The notes: generated from the sequence alone by a model not told the origin. A stretch of 63,988 nucleotides of DNA, filler included, from Octopus bimaculoides (GCF_001194135.2; 5 parts of 5 records of this genome joined end to end with filler, not necessarily neighbours in it); one strand, 5' to 3'. Counted from the first letter of the whole stretch, positions 22,100 to 35,422 are shown. Numbers and translations: made by a program.

Positions 22100-22545
22100 A
22101 GTTCACAATGTAAAAGGAAAAAAACCATCAGCTGGCATTCCTGGACGTGTTACTAAAACGCACTGAATATGGATTCGGAACATTCGTATACTGCAAGCCA
22201 ACCTTCACTAGAAATACCCCAACTTCAATTCCCACCATCCATACAGTATAAAGAGTGCGATAGCTCAGTGCCTAAAATATCGAGCAAAGTCTATGAATAG
22301 CGTTCCTGATACACACCAGGAAGAAATGCTCAGGCTAAGAAACAATCTGCTTTGCAAAAACTACCCGTAAAGATGCTATCCGCTCAAATGTGGAGGTGGA
22401 GAAGGATGAAACCCATAACCTGAACACAGTCTGTCTACCCCATGAAAAAAGGGCCACTCTGAAGAGATAGAAAAGTTATGCGGTCCATAAGATATCAAGA
22501 CAGTATTCAGAATACAACACTTAGCAAATCTCTTCTCCATGCATT
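22100..22545 (+). mobile_element. Penelope-like element RT C-terminal/thumb fragment (right arm)
   Basis: Reads IQFT..QLAFLDVLLKRTEYGFGTFVYCKPTFT..NFNSHHPYSIKSAIAQCLKYRAKSMNSVPDTHQEEMLRLRNNLLCKNYP, the PLE signature FLD...VYRKPT-T--YL-F-S-HP---K--I. Confidence 0.82.
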
Positions 22546-23559
22546 GCACATAACTTCTATAGTTTCTTTTACATGTTGCACTCATTTAACTTTGACCAAG
22601 CTGGAGCACTGCCTTGGAAATAATTGAAAGTTGATCTGGATCAAATTAGAAATAACAGCAAATTGTCACTGAAATCTCACCATCCACCTTATCGTTTTAC
22701 AGAAGGAACTGCACATCATATAATAATATTGTTCTAGATATAAAGTGCCGGAATAAAACATAGCAGGATGGTCATGGGGGAAATGCCATCGAACATATGC
22801 CGGTTCCTCATTACTGATTTGAGGTAAAGCAACAAATTCAATTATAACATCAGAATATCCTTCCATGAACACATTCTGTATATCAAGGGTAAATCAGTGT
22901 AGTTTTCTACTTAGAAAATTTTCGAGTTCTTAGTCGTACACTATCGTATATATTCCTGGTCAAAATAATCGTCAGTTATGAACTTACTTATCGGTTTACA
23001 TAAAATTACTGCTAGTAAATCGATTGAAATTGAAGAATAAATGCTCTTCTTTTTATATATAAATAGGATTGCTTCAGTAGATCGATTGTAATAACAGAGT
23101 AAATCAAATATCATTTATATAGTTTTACATATTTTATTAACTTACGTATTTGTTATTACTTCAGTGTTATTCAGATATTGTTTCTAATTTAGACACAAGG
23201 CTAACCATTTGCAGGTAAGGGTATTAGTCGATACCCTGAAAATTGGACATTTAAAGCACTTAAGCTTGCGTGTATCACGAAGAGAGGAAGTGACTGTCAC
23301 GCACTTTGTAGAATGTCATACAGCAGCGAAATTATTTAATGTTCAAAAACCTCTCTTAAAAAAACTATTAGAAAAATATAGTTACTGTGAGTAATTCAAA
23401 GGCTGACATATCTTTCAAGGAAATATTACATTATACAAATACTGTATCATACACTATAGGGTTGATTGAGTGCATCAAGGAATAGGTGACGTTTTAAATA
23501 TTAAGTACAAGAATATGAAACAATGAAGAATGAAAGATATCCAATTGTTTCTTCATGTA

Positions 23560-23695
23560 TTTTACTAAGATTTTGCCAAACAGCTGTATTCATATTTTTG
23601 AAAGGCAAATCATTGTATTGAAACAGGGCTATTGAAGACAAGTGCTACCTGCCACAATATACTTCACAGTTGTGTTTTTCTTCATAATATGTGAT
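23560..23695 (+). mobile_element. Possible highly decayed PIF/Harbinger transposase fragment
   Basis: FIFLKGK followed (one frameshift) by HSCVFLHNM echoes the Harbinger motifs FG-LKGRF and ACC-LHN. The motifs are short. Confidence 0.3.
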
Positions 23696-25164
23696 ATTTT
23701 TTCAAGGCTAGAGTGTTTTCTATTTCTGATTTGACAGCTACTATTACGTGCTCAGTTATGTGATATCCATACCAGATCATTTATATTTTTAAGGACACTT
23801 TATATTGGTATATGCTTGAGAGCAAAGACCTGTATAGTATTAAATTTATATTTTCCAGACAATCGGTTTCATAATATTAAATGTATTATTTAATTATATT
23901 TATATATTTTGATGTGTTGTATAATGTTTAATAGAATTTAAAGTTTTGCACTTTGTGTGATTCAAAAAATAGTTTTGCAAAGCCTTATCTGTCTAAAGCA
24001 TTATTAACATTCTTTTGTAACTAAAGCATTCTCAGTCTTATTGTAAGTTCTATATTATAATTATAATGACCATATGTTGTATTCAATACGAAACGTCTCT
24101 TATGTATTATTGCTATCAGATAATTAAGTAGAGTGAATTTTCTGGAACTTGTATTCGCTATATAATGTGGTATTTATTGAAAAATATTAGTAACAATTTC
24201 TGTAAACAGTGGTCTACCGATATTAGGAAAGATTACTGTGGATCATACGGTTTTCAGTATTTGGTTTTTACTAATATCATCGATCCAGAAAAAGAAATGA
24301 AACATCAATGTTGTGGAACTTGATTTAAAGATCGATACACAGGTATATATTTAAATACTGCAAAATACATAGTCAAGCTTTGTACTATTTTTGCTTTCCA
24401 TATGTTTAAAGAAACTCTAACTTAATTGTGGAAGGGTATCGTTGAATAATTTGACATTTAATTCATAAAGTTACTCATTGATACCTGAATGATATTAATG
24501 GGAAAATGGTATCCGGCTGAATTTGAACTTAATGGAGAACAAATATATGCGAATGTAGCTATGTTAACTATGACTATGCAAATATTCTCAAACAAAACCA
24601 CAGTTTTGTTCATCATTAAACGTCTCCAATATAGAGAGTAGGCTAGAAATTTCTGGGGAGCAGGATTGTTCATTAAAGCAACTGAAACTGTTTTATATTT
24701 TATTTTCTTACCTTTGAAAGGATGAAAAAATTAGCTCGGAACTACTAATTCTAAACGAAATCTCACAGAACAATTTGTCAGACACGCTAATGATTTTCCC
24801 AATCACCACTATATTTCAGTATGTTATACCAGCATTTTTAGGGAAGGGGTTAATCAACGGAATCGATCCCAGTATATGACGCAATCTTTTATTGACTCAG
24901 GGGGGATGAAAAGAAAAGTTGATGTTGGCAAGATTAGAACATATTGCGTTAAAATCAAAAGAAATACCGCAGTAAAAAGAAAAATGCTGGTTTGCCTAAC
25001 CACCAGTCTCCTTTGGCAAAAGTAACACTACTAAGTTTGTGAGCCACGTATGGGATCTGAAGACCAACTGCATAGTACATACAATCAAGTGGAAATTCGC
25101 AGAGAAATCTATGCTATATATAAATGGATCAAATAAATGCAAGCTAATTTGGATTGTCCCTTAT

Positions 25165-25391
25165 TTATGTAAAATAGAAAGAGTTTGTAGAATCATAGTT
25201 TATAAGCAATCTGCTTTGGCATTGAAAGAAAAATGACAACGTCATTCAAAAGACTTGCATTTTCTAGCTCAGAACTGAAAAAACTAATAAGGAGAAAACA
25301 GGAGGCGGTCGAAAAAGCCAGCTACTATATATGGTTGAAGCGGGAAGAACAAAAATGGCTTGAAAGTCATAACATGCCGGCAGGAAAATAA
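25165..25391 (+). mobile_element. 3' coding end of a restriction-like-endonuclease LINE (Hero/NeSL/R2 group), decayed
   Basis: KIERVCRII resembles the PIEVGCRGF motif. A frameshift then leads to KKLIRRKQEAVEKASYYIWLKREEQKW*, resembling the Hero-type C-terminus AAE-AS-W-WLKR----W. Confidence 0.6.
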
Positions 25392-26454
25392 CATCACTAG
25401 GAGAGACAGGCTGACACTGAAGTAGCCTCGCTGATTGACAGGTGAGGGTATCGGTTAGAGAATGCGTGGGCTAAGACAAAGTGCCTTCCATTTGTCAGTT
25501 AAAGTTTAGACAGTGTCACGTCACAACTTGCTGGGGCTTCCTCCCGGAGCCTAGCAGCGAGTATTTAAAGGGAAATTTGACAAGAGAGTCAGTCATCCGC
25601 TGACACTCGTTGACGCTGCATCGAAGAGGCCAGGGAACAGAAGAAAGAAAGAGAAAGAAGACATGCACTCAACACCAGAGCTGAATACACCTCCGAAAGG
25701 CGGGGTGCCACGTGAAAACGGTAGAATAATAGGACGTGGTTCCTACTGATGATTTCTTGAGCTAACTGGAAACTATAAAGGAGCTGTCGTGGTAGCAGAC
25801 CACGAAACATGGTTGAAATTCATGATTTTAGATCCAAGAATTCCACCCCACTACTTAATTCCAGAACCAAGATTTTCAGGAAGTAAGACTACATGGAAAA
25901 ATTTATTTTGTGGAAGTGGAACGCAACACACTATCCAGGCTGAGAAGCTCTCCCACAGACTTTGGTACTTTGGAGTTGAATTATACTACACCAGCTAGGT
26001 TAATTATGCTTTCTACGGAAAAAAGGGTACCCAAAATTTCTTTCCTTTCCTTTTTTTCCCCTTTCTTTTTTCTATTTTTATGCACCCTTTGTCTTCTCAT
26101 TGCAATTTTTATATCAATCTTTTGTTTGTTCTCGTCTATTCTCTTGTACCCGAAAACACGTTTTCAAATAGGACTAATCATGGTACTGAGATTTAAACAT
26201 TGATTATAGATATAAGGCACATTATATAAATCTGCCGGATTATCGTGTCTCCATGGCATGAAGCTATTAGTAGGTCATATTCTAATCCTTTAAACATTAA
26301 ACAATATTTATCTCTCACTGGACGGAGTACATTATTGTTGATCCTACATATAACGGATGAGAAAACTATATACACACACAAACTCTCTCTCAATCACACA
26401 CACACGCGAACAATTATATATTTTTCTTTAGCTCTCAATACGTATATATATATA

Positions 26455-27339
26455 AACGAAGACTTACGCGAAAGTAACCTGAAACGTTCACAGTGGGAGG
26501 AAACCATTGTATTTAAGACTTCTGTCGCTAGAAGCCAATTGATGCGATCTCTCAAAAGCAGTTTGCGTGTCATCGTGTATAGTCGTACTGTCACGTGCTG
26601 CGTCTTATTTTTTGTGCAGTGCTTCTCACCTCTTTGTCGATTTTTGCGATGGCTGAATCGAAAGAAAGGCGTCCTGCTGTGAAAGTGTTTCCTACAGGGG
26701 AAAACAGCGGCCGAAACAGTTGTCAATGCTTCAGAAAACTGACAAGGATGCTGCCATGAACAAAACACAAGTTTATGGGTGTTTTTCACTCTTTAGGAAC
26801 GGTCACTTGTTGCTTGAAGACGGACCTCGTTCAAGACTAACGAATAAAAACATCATGAAAATTCATGAACTGCTTTTGGAGGTAGGTCGTTGAACAGCTG
26901 ACGAAATTTTCGATATGACAGTTATATCCCGAAGTTCCTGCAAAGGAATTTTGGCTGAGGAATTGCAAATGAAGAGAGTTGCAGCAAAATTCATGCCTCA
27001 CTCACGGATGATCAAAAGCCGTCACGACTAAATGCATATCATGAACTAAAAGAACTATTGGAAATTGATACATAACCTTTTTTTAAGGTCATAACTGGTG
27101 ACGAGAGGTAGCGCTACGCAATTTGCAGATGTAGAAGAGATCGCTTCGAAGAAGGCATCGCTTCGAAGACATCGCTTCGAAGAGTTCCAGCATTGCTTCG
27201 AGCAGCGCAAACTGTGTCTGAACGTATGCCTTGCTGCAAATGAAGAATATTTTAAAACCGATAAAAGTGTAAACATGTAAAACTAAGTGAATAAAATGAT
27301 ATTGCAAAATGCCAGTTCCTTTTGGGGGCTCCTTCATAC
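26455..27339 (+). mobile_element. Decayed, internally deleted Tc1/mariner transposon
   Basis: From ATG 26649 with frameshifts: GKTAAETV.ML..K...MNKTQVY.CFSLFRNG...EDGPRS, ELQMKRVAAKFMP, LTDDQK, VITGDE (first catalytic Asp, ~27088-27105), then directly the C-terminal FADVEEI...EFQHCFEQ. The ends are degenerate TIR-like (TAAACGAAG..GAAAGTAACC / GTTCCTTTTT..CTTCATACATA). Confidence 0.85.
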
Positions 27340-27967
27340 ATATATAAATATATATGTTATCTCCATATTCTTTCCTTTTCCCCTTTTAACTACATATATA
27401 TATATATATATATANNNNNNNNNNNNNNNNNNNNNNNNNNNNNNNNNNNNNNNNNNNNNNNNNNNNNNNNNNNNNNNNNNNNNNNNNNNNNNNNNNNNNN
27501 NNNNNNNNNNNNNNNNNNNNNNNNNNNNNNNNNNNNNNNNNNNNNNNNNNNNNNNNNNNNNNNNNNNNNNNNNNNNNNNNNNNNNNNNNNNNNNNNNNNN
27601 NNNNNNNNNNNNNNNNNNNNNNNNNNNNNNNNNNNNNNNNNNNNNNNNNNNNNNNNNNNNNNNNNNNNNNNNNNNNNNATATATATATATATATATATAT
27701 ATACATACGTACACACCTACTAGAATTTACGGTCCTTTCATTGCACTTACATAGCGTTACTTCGGATCTTCTAGATACCAATAACTCTCATATATATGGG
27801 TGAAAGCGTGTGGCTCAGTGGTTAGCTTATTCGGCTCACGATCATACTGCCGTGATTTTGTTACCCAGCGGTGCATGTTGCCTTTCAACTTTATACATTT
27901 TGTACAATTTCTTCATTATATATATACATGTATGTATGTATGTATGCATATATATAAAACATTTTTT

Positions 27968-28146
27968 TAAGATCCACAAAGATCACAACTTAACTGCAGT
28001 TTTTCGTGGTCCAAATCGGTTATGGAATCTATGTGGTTGTATTTTCAAAATATCGACTGGTTTAAGAAGCTGCGTCACATACCATGAATCGTTCTAACAT
28101 ATAGATATAGGAGGTGGTCAAACTCTGCATAAGGAGTAGACAACCG
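27968..28146 (+). mobile_element. Second, older 5'-truncated copy of the C2H2-tailed LINE
   Basis: NLCGCIFKISTGLRSCVTYHE plus the same tail AGGAGGTGGTCAAACTCTGCATAAGGAGTAGACAACC as 12490-12525. Confidence 0.75.
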
Positions 28147-28505
28147 TCATATATCATACATAAATTTAGGGAACTGCATTCAATAATGTTCTATGATGAT
28201 AAATAAATGATCAAAACATTCGCGTGGCTTTCGAGAGTGGCATTAAAGGCGTTTAACAGTTTTGTCTTTGTATTTCCGAATTTGAATTAACTGATATCGT
28301 TAGNNNNNNNNNNNNNNNNNNNNNNNNNNNNNNNNNNNNNNNNNNNNNNNNNNNNNNNNNNNNNNNNNNNNNNNNNNNNNNNNNNNNNNNNNNNNNNNNN
28401 NNNNNNNNNNNNNNNNNNNNNNNNNNNNNNNNNNNNNNNNNNNNNNNNNNNNNNNNNNNNNNNNNNNNNNNNNNTATATATATATATGTGTGTGTGTGTG
28501 TGCGC

Positions 28506-28548
<43 letters not shown>

Positions 28549-28749
28549 TGTGTGCATGTGTATGTGAGTCAGTGCGCTCATAGCTGATGGTTTCAATGCA
28601 TCGATATCTAGAGAATTTCTCGCTTCCATTATATTTATAAGCATTTACCTTCGAAAAAACTGCTAAACTCGTTTTCCATTTTATGTAATATCTGCAAAAA
28701 AACTGAAATCTTTTCATGATTTTTTTCATGTTTCAAGATGGCTGTTATC

Positions 28750-28985
28750 ACAATCGCCACCTACATCACCCAACACATACACCACCCTCCATAACTACCA
28801 CCACCACCACCACCACTACCACTACCATCACTGTCGTCATCATCATCGTCATTGTCATTATTATCATCATCATCATCATCATCATCATCTTTTTCGTCGT
28901 AGTCGTCATTATCATCATCATCACCATAATCATCATTATTATCATCATCATCGCCGTGGTCACTAGCTTCATATTCGTCATTTTC
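28750..28985. repeat. Degenerate (ACC)n/(ATC)n trinucleotide microsatellite
   Basis: Direct inspection. The poly-Thr/Ile and poly-Met ORFs are by-products. Confidence 0.9.
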
Positions 28986-29244
28986 CTCGTCAAGTCGTTA
29001 TAACAGAAAATGCTTTTTTTTTACAGTATTTATCAAAAGAAGTAAAAATAAAATAAAAAATATTGAAATGAAACATTTCGTTTATTGCATAACTTCTGAT
29101 AATATATTTGCTCTAAAATTTAATGTTTGCATGTTTTCCTATCTAATACGATATTCGAAATTAATATAAATGCACAGATTGAAATATTTACACACATACA
29201 CGCGTCATATACACCACAAGTCGATACACACATCTATCTATCTA

Positions 29245-29324
<80 letters not shown>

Positions 29325-29424
29325 NNNNNNNNNNNNNNNNNNNNNNNNNNNNNNNNNNNNNNNNNNNNTTAATTAATTAANNNNNNNNNNNNNNNNNNNN
29401 NNNNNNNNNNNNNNNNNNNNNNNN
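29325..29424. other. Artificial scaffold linker
   Basis: N44-TTAATTAATTAA-N44. Confidence 0.97.
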
Positions 29425-29493
<69 letters not shown>

Positions 29494-31091
29494 AGAGAGA
29501 GAAAGAGGGAAAGAGAGAGAGAGAGAGAAAGAGAGAACGAGGGAGAGAGAAAATGAGTGATAAACTGTCATTGTGAGTGGCCTCCTGCCAACCAGTTAAG
29601 TGACCTTTCTTTGGGTGCGGTTGTCAGGCTGGTTATGGTAATTAGGCAGGTAAGAAGAAACAGCGGTAAGAAACCGAGTTCTTAGACATAAATGATCCTA
29701 CAATAAAGGGTAGATATTTCCATATATGTATAATTTTAAAGAGGCATATTTTACATTTATACAAGTTAATTATAGTGAAAAGCATTTGCGATATTTAAAA
29801 CTTTACTATACTTAGGATAAAAACAATATTTTAGCTGACACTGTTATATGATATATGTACATAGTTATTAAAAACAGGATAAGGCAGGTAAGATATGAAT
29901 GTATGTGGCATTACAACATACGTTTGATTTACTCTTTGCGGAACATGGTATACAAAGTATGTTATGCAAAACAAGTTGAAGAAAGTAAAAATACATTTCG
30001 TGGAACAAAGCGATTGAGTTCTGTGTAGCATTCAAAATGATCTACTCGAGTATTCAATACCATAACTTTATGCAACACCGGTTTAAATTTTTTGAACGTT
30101 TGAAAATGCAATTTGGCGGGAAATTTACAAAATTTTTCTTTAAAGTCGCCACAGCTAATTGCTACATGCCAGCCGACAGTGATCGGCTGGCATGTAGGCT
30201 CACGGAGCCAGTCGTGGCTTTTATGGAAATATAGTTGGGCTGGAAATTGGAGTGTGGTGGTTCGAATCTAGGCAGAGACCTACTACACGATCTAGGAACT
30301 TCATGCCAACCAATTAAACGGCCTTTCTATGGGCATGGTCTAGGATATCTTTGTTTTATGTTGTACATTGATGTTGTGAAATAAATGCAGAAATGCTCAT
30401 GCACATATGTGAACTGAAACAAATGACGGATCCTCCGTCGGTTTCGACGATATGTATTCAGAAATTCGATCGACTGAACTACCTACTCAGTAAATTAACG
30501 TATAAATGGCTGCGTATGCTGCTAGCGTAAATTCTCTGGTCGAATCAACGTCACACAAGGCGTGACAAAGCTTGATCTTTGAATATCAGGTATAATCCAT
30601 CCGATGGGTCTCCATGCAGTTTTCGTCTACCCAATTTCGTTCACGAAGCTTGGGTCGATATTTATATAAAATTGTTTAGTAACTCCGTAGACAACAGAAC
30701 AATATACTGCATTCATTGACTCCTCACTACTCGACATAATGAACAAGGAAACGTCATTATTTTCTTTCCTTTCCTCAGTATTTTTCTCGCTTTAACCTGT
30801 CACGAGGCTCAGAGAGTGGTACTGGTGTTGTACAGGTGTTTGTCACTATAATCCAATGACGAACAGTTGTTTCTTTATGGTGATCTCATGTGTAGTTCCA
30901 TTTACTGAAAGTCCTATGGCAACAGAAGAGGTGCAACGTGTACAGACCTTAACCAGTTGGACCGCATTGACCAATTTTTTTAAAAAAATGGTAGGTATGA
31001 GTTCAATCTGCTGGTAAGTATGATTTCAATCTGCAGAGGTTCTTTGTTGTTTTGTTGAAACATTCGTGGTCGAAAGAGCTCTTTTAAAACC

Positions 31092-31533
31092 TGGTCTCAA
31101 ATTTTGGCACAAGGCCAGCAATTTCGGGGGAGGGGCCAAGTCCATTAAATGAACCCCAGTGCTCAACTGGTACTTATATCGATCCGAAAAGATGAAAGAC
31201 AAAGTCGACCCCAGTGGCATTTGAACCCTTTACATAAAGACGAACGAAATGCCGCTTGGCATTTTGCCCGGCTTGCTAACGATTTCGCCAGCTCGCCGCC
31301 TTAAAACCTGAAAGTAATATTGTTTTCAAATTTTGGCACAAGGTTAACGATTTTGGGGGAGGGGGTAAGTCGATTATATTGACCCTAGTGCTAAACTGGT
31401 ATATATTTTATCTACCCTGAAAGGATGAAAGGCAAAGTCAACTTCGGCGTAATTTGAACTCAGAACGGAAAGACGAACGAAATGCCGCTAAGCATCTTGT
31501 CCGGCGTGCTAACGATTCCGCCAACTCGCCACC
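31092..31533 (-). mobile_element. Two tandem SINE family B copies (31092-31300, 31327-31533)
   Basis: Reverse complement of the GGCGGCGAGCTGGC head, GTTCAAA B-box, GTCGACTTTG.CTTTCATC..TT core and GCCTTGTGCCAAAATTTGA tail. Further copies lie at ~36106-36330, 50780-50905, 53400-53600, 60184-60395, 60418-60635 and 60675-60850. Confidence 0.85.
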
Positions 31534-32087
31534 TTACTTAAAAATAATACTAAAAGGAATAAAGGGACAAAGTAAAGGTGAAAAAAGAAAAAAAAAATGA
31601 ATGCATTGGCCTAATAACATTTGAAGTGGGATTGGGTAACTTTTTCGACATGTATAAGTGTGACATGTAAGCCTATTATGATAAAATGTCATTTAGGTGG
31701 CAGAAATGTCATATTTCTTTTCAAAATCTCCCTCTCCACACACGTACACACACACACACATGTATACAACGGACTTCCACACTGTTTCCGTCTACCAAAA
31801 CAGTAGAAGATATTTTCCTAAGGCACCGCACAGTGGAACTGAATCTGAAGCCCACATCATTGCAAAGGAAGCTTCTTAATCGTACGTTTCAAACAAACAA
31901 ACAAACAAACAAAAAAGACTGTTTGAGTCACCAACAAATTCTGTTTGAGAAGACCAGAACGTTTTCGAAATTATAGAAAACCGAGTGTACACACAGTTTC
32001 GCATATCCGCGCGACATGCAACAAATGACAACTTTTTCGTTATGTGTGTGTGTGTGTGTGTGTGTGTGTATGCGTGTGAATGTGTGA

Positions 32088-32122
<35 letters not shown>

Positions 32123-32185
32123 CGCATGCGAATAAATATAAATGATATTACATTCTGTTTTATAAACAAATTATTGAAAGAGAGA

Positions 32186-32285
32186 NNNNNNNNNNNNNNN
32201 NNNNNNNNNNNNNNNNNNNNNNNNNNNNNTTAATTAATTAANNNNNNNNNNNNNNNNNNNNNNNNNNNNNNNNNNNNNNNNNNNN
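32186..32285. other. Artificial scaffold linker
   Basis: N44-TTAATTAATTAA-N44. Confidence 0.97.
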
Positions 32286-32287
32286 GA

Positions 32288-32325
<38 letters not shown>

Positions 32326-32712
32326 CAGAGACAGAGAGAGAGAGAGAGAGACAGAGAGAGACAGAGAGACAGAGAGAGAGAGACAGAGAGAGACAGAGAG
32401 ACAGAGAGAGAGAGACAGAGACAGACAGAGAGAGAGAGACAGAGAGAGATAGATAGAGAGAGAGACAGAGAGAGATAGAGAGAGAGAGAGACAGAGAGAG
32501 ACACACAGAGAGAGACAGAGAGAGACAGAGAAAGAGACAGAGAGAGAGACAGACAGAGAGAGACAGAGAAAGAGACAGAGAGAGACAGAGAGAGACAGAG
32601 AAAGAGACAGAGAGAGAGAGACAGAGAGAGACAGAGAGAGACAGAGAGTGACAGAGACAGAGAGAGAGACAGAGAGAGAGAGACAGAGAGAGAGAGACAG
32701 AGAGCGAGAGAT
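32286..32712. repeat. Compound (GA)n/(GACAGA)n microsatellite
   Basis: Direct inspection. Confidence 0.95.
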
Positions 32713-32814
32713 CAGGTAAATAAAGAGAGAGAGAGAATAAGAGAGGTATTACAAAAACTGATATGTGTGTATTTTGTGTATGTGACTGTGTGTGAATGTG
32801 AGTATGTATGACTA

Positions 32815-32848
<34 letters not shown>

Positions 32849-32954
32849 TTTGTGTGTGTGTGTGAGAAAGTATCAGTGTGTGAATGAGTGAGGCTGTGCT
32901 TGTGCAACTGAGGCTGGGCAATGACCAATCAAATAGGAGAGTAAGTTGACGTTT

Positions 32955-32997
<43 letters not shown>

Positions 32998-34929
32998 AAA
33001 GAGAGAGAAAGATAGGGTAAAGGGAGGAGAGATGGGTGGTGGGTGGTAGCAAGGTGGTAAAGAGAGAGATATAGAGACAGAAGCAACAAAGTGATGCAGC
33101 AGTGATGTATACAGTGCGGTCTGACTGACGAAGGAGGAAAAGAGAGAAAGAGGGGGAAAAAAGAGAGAGAGAAGGAAAGACAAACAAGCACAGAGAAAGA
33201 GAGAGAGAGAGAGAGATACAGGAAAGGAAAAAAAGAAAGAAAGAAAGAGGAGGAAAGAAGAACGTTAAATCGCAGAAAGAATAAGAAAAACAAGAGTGTG
33301 AAAGAGAAAAAAAAAACAGCAGAAGACAGAGAAAGAGGGACAGACAGAGGAAAGGATCTTACATATAAGAAAAAGAAAGATTGAAGAGAAAGAGGGTGAG
33401 AACAACTGTGGATTACATGTCGTAGAAGAAGAAGAAGAAGAAGAAGAAAGAGAAGAAGAAAAACCCAGGAGATGTTGGTGTTTAACAACCACGTGTGTGT
33501 TTAGGATATCCATATTTTATTATATCTTTTGTTTTTGTCAACTGCTGGTGACAGGGGAAATTACAAAAAGCTTGCCAGTGGTGACAAACTAATTCACTCC
33601 AAAAAAAAAAGGGAAAAAGCCATACAAACGCTGACACCAGGAGACAGAATTACGGAGAGAAACGGCGGACAGACGGACGGACGGACGGACGCAGATCACC
33701 TGGCTGTTACTATGTATGTCTGTGTATCAGTCTGTCTGTCTGTCTTGGTAGGTATATATGTATATATATATATATATATGAGGTCTGTGTGTGTGTGTGT
33801 GTGTGTGCATAATTATGCGTATGTGTGTGTGTGTGTGTGTGTGGTGGTGGTTGTTGATGTTACAATTTAATAACTGCTTGTTTGGGAGAGNNNNNNNNNN
33901 NNNNNNNNNNNNNNNNNNNNNNNNNNNNNNNNNNNNNNNNNNNNNNNNNNNNNNNNNNNNNNNNNNNNNNNNNNNNNNNNNNNNNNNNNNNNNNNNNNNN
34001 NNNNNNNNNNNNNNNNNNNNNNNNNNNNNNNNNNNNNNNNNNNNNNNNNNNNNNNNNNNNNNNNNNNNNNNNNNNNNNNNNNNNNNNNNNNNNNNNNNNN
34101 NNNNNNNNNNNNNNNNNNNNNNNNNNNNNNNNNNNNNNNNNNNNNNNNNNNNNNNNNNNNNNNNNNNNNNNNNNNNNNNNNNNNNNNNNNNNNNNNNNNN
34201 NNNNNNNNNNNNNNNNNNNNNNNNNNNNNNNNNNNNNNNNNNNNNNNNNNNNNNNNNNNNNNNNNNNNNNNNNNNNNNNNNNNNNNNNNNNNNNNNATAT
34301 ATATATATATATACATACACACATGTATGTATGTGTATATGTTGAAGTAAACTATTACTATATCATACACAAGCGAAGATGACAAGGTATCAGTACATGT
34401 AATGCTTTCATTAAAGGTTTTAGGTACCCATATCAGAGGTACCCCGTGTTAGTAGGTACCCATCTAGTCATGACTACCCCCCCCCTCCACACACACACAC
34501 GTACCTAAAGCCAGTGTAATACTGTGGATGCAACAGCAGTGAGAGAGAAGGAAAGATTAAAAAGAGAGAGAGAGAAAGAGTTGTACCATCACAGAGCTGG
34601 TACTATATTCCCTGATCCCCTGCTTCCTGAGAGATGGAAGGGCAACGGTGACCTACACGAGATTCGATCTCAGATTGTGGAGAGCCAGGATAAACGTGGC
34701 AACACTTTCTCGCCACTGCTGTAACGACTACTCATCAATTGTTTGTACATGTGTTTGTATGTATATGTATATATAAGTGTGTGTATGTAAACGCCTGTAT
34801 GTATAACTACATAAAGGTAAATATGAGCTTTTGTAGCTATGGAGGTTGAATTTGCCTTTCATCCTATCAAATATATATATATAGAAGGAGAAAACACAGA
34901 TGAGTATGTATGTATGTATGTATGTATGA

Positions 34930-34989
<60 letters not shown>

Positions 34990-35318
34990 TTATATATATA
35001 TATACATAGATACACATACACACATATATACCAGTAATATACTGGGATTGGTTCAGTCAACCAACAACCTTGTCCATCACCTGTAGTCCTGTTCAGTCAG
35101 TCTTGTCCCAAAATATGAAACCAACATCACTTTTCCAATATCGTTTTTAATATTAATTCACTAAATTACAATACACTTTTGTGGATGTGTGTATATATGG
35201 GTGTGTGTACGCATGAGGATAAACATATATACACTCAAGTACATATACACATACATTCATGTGATAATCTACATGTATGGAGTGATCCTTCAATTAATCT
35301 TCATTTTTATATCAAACT

Positions 35319-35359
<41 letters not shown>

Positions 35360-35422
35360 GATAGATAGATAGATAGATAGATATGTATGTATGTATATAT
35401 ATACACATGCACATGTAAATTT

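Noticed and set aside
25745-25775. CTGATGA...GGAAAC as a hammerhead
   Set aside because: No helix II pairing between the two motifs.
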